From a virus (taxonomy: Duplodnaviria > Caudoviricetes), in the IMG/VR virus record IMGVR_UViG_3300028833_000073, positions 64,001 through 128,000 of that record: a stretch of DNA of 64,000 bases; one strand, given 5' to 3'. A program made the translations under genes and the position numbers. The notes below the pieces were generated by a model, which worked only from the letters and a program-made list of their open reading frames with translations, did not search any database and was not told where the DNA came from. Shown here in pieces: positions 31,635-41,638 of this stretch (position 1 is the first letter of the stretch; each line of letters starts with the position of its first letter).

Positions 31635-31973
31635 GTGATAATGATGCTTAATGTTAGAATTAGTTCTACATTGAATATATTAATCAGACATTTTGATCAA
31701 TGTATTAATACTTTGCTATGTAATGTGAATGAAAAGGATAGGAAAACTATCAGAGAGAGTATTGAATTATCTCCATTCTATTCTGTTATGACTGAATTAG
31801 AGAAAGATGGTACTGCTACTGGTATGCTATATGAGTTCAATAATGACATTAAGAAGAAGTATACTAAAGAGATTGAGTTATTTAAGAAGCAGCTTACTAT
31901 GTATCCTAACTATTGGGATAAGATCTATGCTTTAGAAGCAGATGATGATTCTTTGCTTATATCTCTTGTCTAA
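31635..31973 (+). CDS. Hypothetical protein
   Basis: About 110 aa; RBS AAGGAG. Confidence 0.65.
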   Translation: MIMMLNVRISSTLNILIRHFDQCINTLLCNVNEKDRKTIRESIELSPFYSVMTELEKDGTATGMLYEFNNDIKKKYTKEIELFKKQLTMYPNYWDKIYALEADDDSLLISLV

Positions 31974-32139
31974 TTACTATAAACGGGGGTACCTAATGGT
32001 ACCCTCAAAAAGTGTGAAAAGTTCATTTTTCAGAGATATATTATTGGTAGAATACCAATACCACCATGCATTCGGATAGAATGCAATTCCCTTTTTTAAT
32101 TTTTCTGACCAAACCCGAAAATAGGTATATATTATATAT

Positions 32140-32478
32140 GTGAGTCTAGAGTGATAATTGTTTAAAATAAACAAAACAATCATATAACTAATTCGTGATA
32201 GCCTAAGGTTGGAGTATTCCTGTGAAAGGATCGGGGCGCTATACTGAGATAGAATCAAAGGGCGCTTATACTAATGCATGGATCTAAGTAATAGGGAGTG
32301 TAGCTATGGTGATTCATGGGCGTGTCTTCAGCGGAGATAGTATCAATGTTACGCCTAATACCGAGATAACATCAAGGGGCGCAAAGTCTTTTAGGGCATA
32401 ATAGGCAGCAGGAAACCAAGCGGCGCCAAATCAATACATGATTAGAGTACCTTTATTGGTACTCTATATTCTTTTTTA
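32140..32478 (+). ncRNA. Putative early non-coding RNA with internal repeats
   Basis: Early-type promoter 32106-32138; terminator 32444-32478; no ORF; repeats TACYGAGATA..ATCAA.GGGCGC. Confidence 0.5.
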
Positions 32479-32535
32479 TTTTTCCTCTGACCAAAAGTAA
32501 AAATAGCGATATATTATAGACATGACTAAAGGAGG

Positions 32536-33072
32536 ATGATTCAAATGACATTGATTGAACATGACTTGAATGAACTTGCTGAACAACTGTATCTTATGGA
32601 TAAGGAGGTTAGGAACTGTTGTACAATATTGCTTCGTCCTAAGGAGTTTTACTATGATACTGAGAACGATTGCAATTACTTGGAGGATTTTGTATATTCT
32701 ATCTTATCGAGAGGTTTCAAATATAAATTCATCAAGTTTGAGACTGATGATGATAATGAATTTATGGAACTTTTCGTATATAAATATGATCATCAATTTG
32801 AGATGTATAAGGCAACTGAAATTTTTAAAGCTTCTAATAGTACTAATATGTGCCGTATTGGTCAGTATATCCTTGGTAAGCTCTTAGGATATAGTGACAG
32901 GAATATGGAAGAATTTCTCAATACTCCTCATGGTAATAAGGAAGTAAAGATAGAGCTTGAGGACAATTGGTTTGAGAAGAATTATATTGATAGTTTTGAT
33001 ATCAATGAGGTTTTGGGGGAACGTAATGATGATGGAGAAAATGAAATTGTTCAGGAGAGCGATAAAGACTGA
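32536..33072 (+). CDS. Hypothetical protein (GxLLGY motif)
   Basis: 178 aa; early-type promoter; RBS AAAGGAGG (start may be 32545). Confidence 0.7.
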   Translation: MIQMTLIEHDLNELAEQLYLMDKEVRNCCTILLRPKEFYYDTENDCNYLEDFVYSILSRGFKYKFIKFETDDDNEFMELFVYKYDHQFEMYKATEIFKASNSTNMCRIGQYILGKLLGYSDRNMEEFLNTPHGNKEVKIELEDNWFEKNYIDSFDINEVLGERNDDGENEIVQESDKD

Positions 33073-33220
33073 TATTCTTGATGTGGTATTCTACTCTAGG
33101 TATCCTTTGACTGATAACTTTGCTGAGGATATCACGATGGAGTTCATAAGGAATAAAGAATCGTTTATTTACGAAGTACAGAATAAAGGAACTAAAGCAC
33201 AATATGTAGTATATTTATAA
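33026..33220 (+). CDS. Small hypothetical protein
   Basis: Fills the gap between co-oriented genes; start uncertain. Confidence 0.5.
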   Translation: MMMEKMKLFRRAIKTDILDVVFYSRYPLTDNFAEDITMEFIRNKESFIYEVQNKGTKAQYVVYL

Positions 33221-33233
33221 GAGGTGATAAAGA

Positions 33234-34571
33234 ATGAAGGATATAAGATTAGAATGTGATCCTAAGTGGTACAGTAATGTGGACTTTGAAAATCCATTTA
33301 TTGTGGACAAAATTTATCCTGATGAGTTGGAAATATATACCTCATTGGATAGGACATATGATAGGATTTGGAATGGATGGAATCGTAGCTTTGGTGGTCC
33401 TCTTGAAAATGCATGTATTATCCGTGATGGTAATGAGGCATCCAAGGCAAAACTAAATAAAATGAAGAAAGGAATTCTTTATAGTAAATTGATTGATTCC
33501 GAACCATATTTCTATATCTCTGAAAAAAGGGGTATTAAGTACAAATCAAAACAATCATTCATTAACCATAATAAGACGGAATATAGGAGGTGTGTCTTAT
33601 ATTACAGAAAACGATATCAAGAATTGGTTAATGATGTCATCTCTCTTGGAAATAGGGTGGATAAGAATCTGTTCCATTATAAATATATTTTAAATCATGT
33701 TGTTGAAGAATATGATCATAAAGATTTGTTTGACATCGAGTTATTTGAGGATTTCTTAGACAAACTCAAAGCTCGTTGTAGGAACAATGCATACTTCTTC
33801 TTTAACAATATGAACTACGACGATATCAATAAACTTGAGAATGCTAAAAAGTTATATGATCTTGTCATAAGTGATTATGATGGTTATCATGTAACTAGCT
33901 TTGACGACTATTTAAAACTTAGGCTTGGTAGGATTACCATGAATATGTACTTACCAGCACCATTTAAAGACTATGTTCTTGATAACTCTGAGAACATACT
34001 GATTTCTATTGATGGAAATGGGCAAGTGATAAAAATAGTATACTCTCCTGTGTATAAAATAGGTGATGATGATTATGTTGTCAAGTACAATAAGTATATG
34101 CTGCTTCAGTTATATCCAGGATGTTTTGTATCAAGATGTGATGAACTCTATACTACTGAACAAGTAACATTCATGGATTCCTCTCCGGATGCATATATCT
34201 TTGAAGAACTCTGTGGTCTTGGGTTTCATCCTAAGAGAGGATTTACTAGGAATAACTTGGTTAGTAGGGAGGAAGTAAACTTCAGACTTAAGAAGGTTAT
34301 TAGTGAATTTGAGATTGAAAACAAGGGGGTATTAGATTACGTTAAAAACATATGTCAAAAAATGGCATCCAAAGGAACTGAAAGATTCACTATTCAGATT
34401 ACACACACTACAGAAAGAGAAATATCAGCTCTTATCTCGTGTCTGTATATGCTTAGAAGGAGTCTTTACTTCTATTCAGTGATTAATAATCAGGTATTCA
34501 AATACCTTGATGAAGAGAGGAGTATTGATAGCATATTGACATTTGAAGTTAAGGGTAAATGGATAATCTAA
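33234..34571 (+). CDS. Hypothetical protein
   Basis: 445 aa; RBS AGAGGTG. Confidence 0.75.
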   Translation: MKDIRLECDPKWYSNVDFENPFIVDKIYPDELEIYTSLDRTYDRIWNGWNRSFGGPLENACIIRDGNEASKAKLNKMKKGILYSKLIDSEPYFYISEKRGIKYKSKQSFINHNKTEYRRCVLYYRKRYQELVNDVISLGNRVDKNLFHYKYILNHVVEEYDHKDLFDIELFEDFLDKLKARCRNNAYFFFNNMNYDDINKLENAKKLYDLVISDYDGYHVTSFDDYLKLRLGRITMNMYLPAPFKDYVLDNSENILISIDGNGQVIKIVYSPVYKIGDDDYVVKYNKYMLLQLYPGCFVSRCDELYTTEQVTFMDSSPDAYIFEELCGLGFHPKRGFTRNNLVSREEVNFRLKKVISEFEIENKGVLDYVKNICQKMASKGTERFTIQITHTTEREISALISCLYMLRRSLYFYSVINNQVFKYLDEERSIDSILTFEVKGKWII

Positions 34572-34665
34572 AACTTATGGGTGCTCTCACCAAGCACCCT
34601 TTTTCTTTTTATTAATCCACCATACAACTCAATGGTAAATGACGTAATCAAAGGAGGCTATAATA

Positions 34666-35256
34666 ATGTCTTTGATGGAAACGATAAAGAGATTTGGTAA
34701 TACAGAAACATTTGTTACTGAGAGTATGGAGGTTGAGCTAGGACTAGAGGATGCTATCAATGAGTATTCAGGTCTAGCTGTTACTCCTACTAGGGTTGCA
34801 TTCCCTGCTAGTCAGGTTCCTGTAGCAGAATTTGCTGATCCTAGTCTACCATGTAAATATGGTGTTTCGGCGGATATTTTTTCAATCTTTATGGAGCGTA
34901 ATGGTCTAAAAGATATTCAAGAGGCTATGTCTACTATCGCTATGTCTAATGGTATTTCTTCTAAGGACATTATGCTTGTAATGGATAGTGATGATGTCAT
35001 TAGGAGAACTATTGACGAAGCTAAGGTAGATCCTAATACTATCACTCGTAAAGAGAAGCTTACTAATATCGCTAAGGTTGGTAAGCTAATACAACATAGT
35101 AGAGAAACTGGAGTCTTTGTGGCTAAAGAGCCTAATGTAGAGAACCCTCCAGTATATCAAGTTCAATGGAATGACAATCCTAACATTGTCAACATTGAAA
35201 GAGATACTTGTGATCTTGGTCTATTTTCTGATGAGCGTCAGCTCACCTTCAAGTAA
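34666..35256 (+). CDS. Putative virion (inner head) protein
   Basis: Late-type promoter AACT-CAATGG-TA at about 34627; N-terminal FVTES/AINE motifs resemble head-protease sites. Confidence 0.55.
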   Translation: MSLMETIKRFGNTETFVTESMEVELGLEDAINEYSGLAVTPTRVAFPASQVPVAEFADPSLPCKYGVSADIFSIFMERNGLKDIQEAMSTIAMSNGISSKDIMLVMDSDDVIRRTIDEAKVDPNTITRKEKLTNIAKVGKLIQHSRETGVFVAKEPNVENPPVYQVQWNDNPNIVNIERDTCDLGLFSDERQLTFK

Positions 35257-35259
35257 GCA

Positions 35260-35441
35260 ACAAACAATCTCCTACCAATACGGTAGGAGATTTATTTGCT
35301 AAGTTATTATGTGAGAATTATATGAAAGGAGGTAATGCACATGAAAAACCATATGCGTAATGTGAGATAATGTTAGTTACGCAAACAAGTGTAACCGAAG
35401 TGTACCCAAAGGAAAAGCTGAATTGCCCACAAGCTTACCTT
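35260..35441 (-). ncRNA. Putative late small RNA carrying the ACUUGUUUGC hairpin and an anti-RBS/anti-AUG segment
   Basis: AACA-AAATAA-TA promoter at 35452; GUUAC-ACUUGUUUGC-GUAAC hairpin (35395-35376); UUUUUCAUGUGCAUUACCUCCUUUCAU; terminator at about 35265-35295. Confidence 0.6.
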
Positions 35442-35531
35442 ATTATTTTGTTATGACCAAAAAAATATATAGACACATATTATATATGTGGTGGTATTGG
35501 GTAAAATTCTAATAGAAAGGAAGGAATAACA

Positions 35532-36266
35532 ATGGCCACGTATACAAGACTTGATATGCAATCACAGATATTTGAAGAAGGAGTTTTGAATATATTTACA
35601 GATGCCAGTATCAATCCCTTGGGAAATAATAAATGGGATGGATGTGCTGGTGCAATACCTGTAACTTATGATCATAAGATTAATAATCTTACGGAATATA
35701 TACCGATGATAAGAGTGTTTAGAGATTGCACTAATAATATTGCAGAACTTTCAGCCATAGAGATGGCATGTGAGTTTGCAGTAAGCAATCAATCTAAGTA
35801 TGTCAGAATCAATCTCTTTAGTGATTCTGAGTATAGTATTAAGACGTTGAAAGAATGGATTTTTAATTGGGCCAAAGTATCATGCCGTGATGGTATTGAA
35901 GGCTTTAGAAATCTTAGAAAGAGTGATGGTAACTTAGTAAAAAATCATACCATCATCATAAATATTATCAACAAGATTTTGTCAATAGATCCTAGACAGT
36001 GTGGCTTTAATGTGTACCATGTAAAGGCTCACACTAACGGGGACAGTAAGAAAGTACAAGAGCAGTTTAAGAAAGCTAATAAGATATCTATTAATATCTT
36101 AGATGCTGATATCTTAGCTTACTACAATGACAAAGTAGATAATCTTACAAGAGATATCTTACTTAGCAATGAAAGTAGTTATTATGAGTGTGAGGTAGTA
36201 CCATATGCAATACTTCCTTATGCTTTTAATAAATATAAGAGAATTATAGGTTCAAGGAGGTTCTAG
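35532..36266 (+). CDS. rnhA: Ribonuclease HI
   Basis: IFTDAS, TNNIAELSAI, LFSDSEYSI, HVKAH and YNDKVDNL catalytic motifs. Confidence 0.9.
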   Translation: MATYTRLDMQSQIFEEGVLNIFTDASINPLGNNKWDGCAGAIPVTYDHKINNLTEYIPMIRVFRDCTNNIAELSAIEMACEFAVSNQSKYVRINLFSDSEYSIKTLKEWIFNWAKVSCRDGIEGFRNLRKSDGNLVKNHTIIINIINKILSIDPRQCGFNVYHVKAHTNGDSKKVQEQFKKANKISINILDADILAYYNDKVDNLTRDILLSNESSYYECEVVPYAILPYAFNKYKRIIGSRRF

Positions 36267-36268
36267 TT

Positions 36269-36598
36269 ATGTATGCTAACTATGAGTGTCTCGTTTTTAC
36301 CAAAAGGATTAAAGCGATCGCTGACCAACAGATGAGAGATAAGCTCTTAGGCTATTGTATTAGGCTTATCTTCAAACACCACTTTGGTGAAGGTGCTAAG
36401 GGACTTGACTTTATTGAGGACTTTGTAGTGGATGCTTCACTTGCTTACTACTACTCAAGAGAACTCAATCTGTTAAACTTCATGAAGCAGTATATCAAGG
36501 ACTATACTCTCATGGAAGATCAGAGTCTTGTAGGTAAGATCAGTGTCAATATCAACAACTTTGGTAGTGATATTGATGCATTGTTCAAGGATATCTAG
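36269..36598 (+). CDS. Hypothetical protein
   Basis: 109 aa; RBS AAGGAGG. Confidence 0.75.
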   Translation: MYANYECLVFTKRIKAIADQQMRDKLLGYCIRLIFKHHFGEGAKGLDFIEDFVVDASLAYYYSRELNLLNFMKQYIKDYTLMEDQSLVGKISVNINNFGSDIDALFKDI

Positions 36599-36670
36599 AA
36601 TAGGTTTCTAATCTATCTAGAATATATAAGTATAGGTAATTTAATTGTTTATGAAAGGATGTATGGTACA

Positions 36671-37804
36671 ATGGCAAGAAAAGTTATTAAGCTTACTCCG
36701 GAGCAGGTTAAAGCTCTTGAGGAACAGATCAAGAAGATTGAAGGATTCGATGTAAAAGTCGAAGAGAAGAATGAGAAACCTGATGAGTTTATCAATGTTT
36801 CTGATGTTACAATGGATACTTGTAGGTCTATCAAAGTACCTGGTTGTAACGATAGCGCTCTTAGGAATGATATCTATGCAAACGCATTTGATATTGATAA
36901 GCACAATTATGACTTTATCCATACTTTGCGTGATAAGTCTGATTATATGAATAAGGCAATGAAGTATTTTGAGAATGAGTATGAAACTACTATCAATGAT
37001 TCTGGTATTGGTAGTTGTGATGTTACTGTGGAGGATAAGTTTAACTCTTATCCCAGTGGATGTATGCTTGGAGCTGTAATTCCTGGTATCAATAGTGCTA
37101 TTAGGTTTGTCGAGGCCAATAACTATTTCACTAGGGATATCTCTCCTGATGAGAAGCAGTCTATTATCAATTCTCATAATCTGAACTTCAATACCACAGC
37201 AAATAGTATTATTCGTACTATGGTAGATGATATTCAGAATGCTTTCTCTGGGCTTATCGTCAAACATGCTCTTACACAGGAGGAGATGGATAATCTTCTT
37301 AAGACTAAACAAAGGCTGAATACGCTTCTTAAGCAAGATGAAGTTGTTAATTTTACGCCGTCTGATATTTCTAGCTATTCTGGTTGGACTATGCCTACTA
37401 ATAGTACGGAGCTCTTCACCTTGTTTACCACTCTTAGGAACTTCCATAGTGTTACTAACTATAATGACGAGGATCAGATCATTATTAGTGGTAATACTTT
37501 GAACTACTATGTCGAGTGTATCTACAATTATGCAACGACATCGTTCTTCCAATTCCTTCGTTACAGGTTTGCTGATAATGAGTATAAGGAAGACATTATG
37601 TCTCGTATCTCTCTTGAGTTTGAGACGAACTTTGGATTTGAGATGCGTCGTTATATTGCAGCTACTCTTAAGGAGATTGCAAGGATTGCGACTATCTATC
37701 TCATGAATCTCAAAGTCCTTAATAGTTATCCGAAGACGTGTGAAAAGTATGAAGAGAGTAATCGTTTGATCAATCCTCCTTTCCATTATAGGCCTGGATT
37801 CTGA
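36671..37804 (+). CDS. Hypothetical protein with C-terminal RLINPPF motif
   Basis: About 377 aa; RBS GAAAGGATG. Confidence 0.75.
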   Translation: MARKVIKLTPEQVKALEEQIKKIEGFDVKVEEKNEKPDEFINVSDVTMDTCRSIKVPGCNDSALRNDIYANAFDIDKHNYDFIHTLRDKSDYMNKAMKYFENEYETTINDSGIGSCDVTVEDKFNSYPSGCMLGAVIPGINSAIRFVEANNYFTRDISPDEKQSIINSHNLNFNTTANSIIRTMVDDIQNAFSGLIVKHALTQEEMDNLLKTKQRLNTLLKQDEVVNFTPSDISSYSGWTMPTNSTELFTLFTTLRNFHSVTNYNDEDQIIISGNTLNYYVECIYNYATTSFFQFLRYRFADNEYKEDIMSRISLEFETNFGFEMRRYIAATLKEIARIATIYLMNLKVLNSYPKTCEKYEESNRLINPPFHYRPGF

Positions 37805-37856
37805 GCAAACAAAATCTTAGAGATATATTATAACTAGGAGAAAGGAGGAAAGTGTA

Positions 37857-38576
37857 TTGGTTTTCTACAATAATAACCAAGGTAACTTTCCTGCTTCTCC
37901 TATAGGTAATCAGGCAATGGCATCACAGCCATTGCCTATGATTCCTGTGGGACAGCAGCAGGGTTATTCAACGTACAATGGGTACTTTAACCCATGGGAA
38001 ATACAAAGGAGGCAAGATGAACAACTAAAGAATTATAATAACAATATCAATATGCAGATTGATATATATAAGAGACTATATATCAATTCATGTAAGAACC
38101 TGGGCATATATGTGGATGAACAAGCAGTAGATGAGTACTATAATCAGTTTAGACCATCGACTACTAGTACATATGATATGCTCAAGAAACAAAAGGAAAT
38201 AGCCGAGGAACAAAAGATAGCAGAAGCTGTACAGAGGGCCAATGGTCAAGGGTCTATGTTAGCTAATGCCCAGATGAAGATCTGGTATGATCAAGAAGAA
38301 AAGAATCAAAAAATATATGAAGGTAAGTCATTGCAAGAACAGTATGAAGCATTGACAGTGGCTGCCTTCGATATGAGAATGGATGAGGCTAAGAGACAGA
38401 ATAAGAATATGAAAAATAGCTATAACAATAGTGCATATCAGAAGCTTATAGCATCTAATGGTCAAGGACTATTCTCTACCAATATAGATGACATGGAAGT
38501 TACCTTACCCAATAACTTGTCTGGTACTTATCAGTCTAGAAGGGCTAGGTTCCTTGCAGCAGTCTTAGGGAAGTGA
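37857..38576 (+). CDS. Hypothetical Q/N-rich protein
   Basis: TTG start after AAAGGAGG; early-type promoter at about 37820. Confidence 0.75.
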   Translation: MVFYNNNQGNFPASPIGNQAMASQPLPMIPVGQQQGYSTYNGYFNPWEIQRRQDEQLKNYNNNINMQIDIYKRLYINSCKNLGIYVDEQAVDEYYNQFRPSTTSTYDMLKKQKEIAEEQKIAEAVQRANGQGSMLANAQMKIWYDQEEKNQKIYEGKSLQEQYEALTVAAFDMRMDEAKRQNKNMKNSYNNSAYQKLIASNGQGLFSTNIDDMEVTLPNNLSGTYQSRRARFLAAVLGK

Positions 38577-40342
38577 TGTCTATGAAGTTTGATCCATTAG
38601 AGTTATTCTATGCTAAGCAAAAGACGAATGCATTGAATTTCGACTTTGAAGGATTAATGGGTCCTATTATTCCCAATCTACTTCCACCAAGTATAGATTC
38701 ATATCTATATAGCTTAGCTACCCATCCAAAGTATTCATCTAAAATAAAGATGAAGTTTGATTTGATAGACAGAGCTGTAAATGATTATGGATTCGTATTG
38801 ATGGGAAGAGGGACCAATCGTTGCATCTACAAACATCAGATTGATGGTAGGATAATGCTTAAGATAGGGTTTGATAGAGCAGGTATTACAGATGCTTATA
38901 AAGAACTCTATAACATGAACTATCTTAAGCCATTTGTTACAAAGTGTTTCGATGTAAGTCCCACTGGTACTATAGGTTTATTCGAGAGAGTCATTCCGAT
39001 AACCTATAAGGATGAGTTTATATCTGTAGCTGGGGATATATTCGATGTGATAACCAAGTGTTTCATCGGTAAGTATATCCTTGCAGATATAGGTACTAAG
39101 TTTTATATGAACTGGGGGATAAGAAAGGGATTTGGTCCAGTTCTTCTGGACTATCCTTTTATGTATCTTCTAGATGGAAGAAAGTTACATTGTATCAATC
39201 AAGTTCCGTCACCAATTGGCATGGTAATGTGTAATGGCTTAATAGATTATGATGAGGGTTTCAATCACTTGAAGTGTACTAAGTGTGGCAAGACCTACTT
39301 TGCATCTGATCTAGCCAAAGAAAACAAAGAAGGCCAATTGGAAATATATGGTGCAAGATTAGGAGGAAAGATGAAAATGTCTACAGGAGAGTATTACATC
39401 AATGGAAAGAAAGTAAGTGAGGAAGAGGTAATGGCTCGTTATTTCGGAGATAAGTCCAATAACAATTATCCGGATAACAATAGGGTATTTGAAGCTGCAC
39501 CACCTCCAGTTCCGCCCAGTTATGAAAGGAAGAGGGCAGAAGCTGAGAGGAAGATGAGACAGCAGCAGAACAATACTCCTCGTCAGAGCCAGCCTCATAA
39601 TAACAATAATAGGAATGATCGTCCTAAGGAAACAAGAGTAGAGTATATGTATCGTTACGCTAAGTATACTCTTAAGCGTATGATAAAGGCATCTCGTAAT
39701 GAACTCGATCTTGGTAATATCGCATATGCTCTTGTTGATCTTATCATGAACACGAATAATAGTAGTGGTCAGAAAATTGAGAGGAAGGAAGTAATAGCAA
39801 AAGCTCAAGAGCTTGCTCAGGAAGCATTGAATGAGTTTGTTGAGGATTGTAAGAGGTTGAATAATAATCCTACACCTCCTAATAATCCTCGTCCTCAGCC
39901 GAATCCTGCACAAGCAAAGATGCAGGAGAATGTAAAGAAGACAGTAGTAGAACCTACACAGACAGCAACATTATCTCCGGCTCAATCTGTCGCTATTGTA
40001 CCTGAGATTGTTGAAGCCGAAGTAGTAGATGATTCTCCTACTGAAGAGGATGATGCAGAGATTCTGAGTGAAGTAGAACAGCTTCATGCAAATGATGCTG
40101 ATCAGGTAAATGATATCGTTGATGCTATTGATAATCTTAGTACCGCTGTAGAAGAAGGTAAGAAGATTGCTGAAGCAAACAATGGTATCTCTCCTACTAC
40201 TCAGGAAGGATTGAATAGGATTAAGCAGATCAATGACATGGGTAATAATGCACCCCATGTAAAGAAGGAAGAAGCAAAGCCGGCACCTAAACCAAATCCT
40301 CCTCAGAAGATTCCTGGAACAGGTATGGCTTTCACTTTCTAA
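38573..40342 (+). CDS. Protein-kinase-like protein with Zn ribbon and disordered C-terminus
   Basis: MGRGTNRCIY (Gly loop), IMLKIG, YKE, LADIG...NWG, VLLDYP; C..C and CTKC Zn ligands; P/Q/N/E-rich tail. Confidence 0.7.
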   Translation: MMSMKFDPLELFYAKQKTNALNFDFEGLMGPIIPNLLPPSIDSYLYSLATHPKYSSKIKMKFDLIDRAVNDYGFVLMGRGTNRCIYKHQIDGRIMLKIGFDRAGITDAYKELYNMNYLKPFVTKCFDVSPTGTIGLFERVIPITYKDEFISVAGDIFDVITKCFIGKYILADIGTKFYMNWGIRKGFGPVLLDYPFMYLLDGRKLHCINQVPSPIGMVMCNGLIDYDEGFNHLKCTKCGKTYFASDLAKENKEGQLEIYGARLGGKMKMSTGEYYINGKKVSEEEVMARYFGDKSNNNYPDNNRVFEAAPPPVPPSYERKRAEAERKMRQQQNNTPRQSQPHNNNNRNDRPKETRVEYMYRYAKYTLKRMIKASRNELDLGNIAYALVDLIMNTNNSSGQKIERKEVIAKAQELAQEALNEFVEDCKRLNNNPTPPNNPRPQPNPAQAKMQENVKKTVVEPTQTATLSPAQSVAIVPEIVEAEVVDDSPTEEDDAEILSEVEQLHANDADQVNDIVDAIDNLSTAVEEGKKIAEANNGISPTTQEGLNRIKQINDMGNNAPHVKKEEAKPAPKPNPPQKIPGTGMAFTF

Positions 40343-40408
40343 TGAGACTATAACCAGTATATAAGCCCTATCATATGATAGGGCTTGTCTGGTTTGAAAT
40401 GAGGTGTA

Positions 40409-41089
40409 ATGATGTTTAAAGGGGATATCTTTATAACGGATGATTTCCAACTTGCAACTACTCTTAGCTATGATAGTAGATATAGAGTTTTTGCATTGAT
40501 GGATAACTATGAACTAGAGTTTGGTAAGAATAGTAATGTTATTGGTATGCCGTTCTTACTTCCTCCATACAATGCATTAGAGGAAGAGAATATTGGTAAT
40601 CTTCAAAATTTTTATAATATTTACTATCAGCACCTGGCTAGCGCTGAAGCAGATAATTATATCACTACATTACTTACAGGGCTCTATAGAGGTTTCAATA
40701 TCCTTTTCTATGTTCCTAAGGATGAAGCCCAACTAGAGTTCAGTAAAGCACTGTTGAGATATATCCATGATGTATTTGGAGTCACTATTGGTAGCAAGGA
40801 TAACAACCAATGTGGTTTCAATGTAGCCTTTGAAGACACAGTAAGAATCAAGATGTACTTCTATGGTAATATTCCTGCTATGGATCTAGTGCAGAACATA
40901 AAGAGCAAGATCATGGATCCATTTATCTGTGATCGTATGTGTAATGATCTCGGTATTAGTCCTGGTAATAATTCTGTAGAAGCTATAGATCAATATATTA
41001 GAAACTATAGGAATAGCCAGAATGTAGTACAAGTACCAGCTCCTAGGAAACTTATAGATCCTCCATTTAAGATAAGAGGATTTGAGTGA
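40409..41089 (+). CDS. Hypothetical protein (paralog of 41099-41638) with C-terminal KLIDPPF motif
   Basis: LLPPY...YYQHL...NILFY...LLRYIHDVFGV. Confidence 0.75.
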   Translation: MMFKGDIFITDDFQLATTLSYDSRYRVFALMDNYELEFGKNSNVIGMPFLLPPYNALEEENIGNLQNFYNIYYQHLASAEADNYITTLLTGLYRGFNILFYVPKDEAQLEFSKALLRYIHDVFGVTIGSKDNNQCGFNVAFEDTVRIKMYFYGNIPAMDLVQNIKSKIMDPFICDRMCNDLGISPGNNSVEAIDQYIRNYRNSQNVVQVPAPRKLIDPPFKIRGFE

Positions 41090-41098
41090 GGTGCAATC

Positions 41099-41638
41099 AT
41101 GATCTTAGTAATGAATAGTGAATTCTTCATTCAGAATATAAAGAATGATATGAAGATTATGGATAATTCATTTGTTCTTAGCTGGGATTCTCAGTTAACT
41201 CCAGAGGCAGCAGGATGTCCTATTTGGAGTAGTAGGCATCTTGTTCCTCCAGAGGGAATTAGTAATGACTATGATTATACTAATTACTTATACTTCAATG
41301 ATAAGGCTATGGAGTTAATAGCTATCATTGGGTATATGATTAAGACGAATAACATAGTTATCATTCTCTCTAATGGTAATTATGCTGAAGACTTCCTATA
41401 CATGTTCTTGAAGTTTATCCAGAACAGATATGGAATAGTGTATAGAGATGTGAAGTGTCTTGAAGATATTCCTGAAGTTCCAGGAGATACAGATAGCTTT
41501 AGCATTCAAGGACTCTATAACTTCAATGCCTATGACAATAATAGAGTTGTTAGGTATATAGAGTCACTTAAGATATCTGATCCTGACTTTAGGATGTTCT
41601 TTGAACAGAATCTGAATGAGAAAGCAGCAGAGCTATGA
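41099..41638 (+). CDS. Hypothetical protein (paralog of 40409-41089)
   Basis: LVPPE...YTNYL...NIVII...FLKFIQNRYGI. Confidence 0.75.
   Translation: MILVMNSEFFIQNIKNDMKIMDNSFVLSWDSQLTPEAAGCPIWSSRHLVPPEGISNDYDYTNYLYFNDKAMELIAIIGYMIKTNNIVIILSNGNYAEDFLYMFLKFIQNRYGIVYRDVKCLEDIPEVPGDTDSFSIQGLYNFNAYDNNRVVRYIESLKISDPDFRMFFEQNLNEKAAEL

Noticed and set aside
37804-37820. Additional handle hairpin at GAGCAAACAAAATCTT
   Set aside because: The loop matches only partly, there is no convincing stem, and it lies within an early promoter region.
29165-40450. Long minus-strand ORFs 29165-30238, 36641-37786, 39359-39913 and 39971-40450
   Set aside because: They mirror well-supported plus-strand genes and are explained by codon bias; no RBS or promoter.
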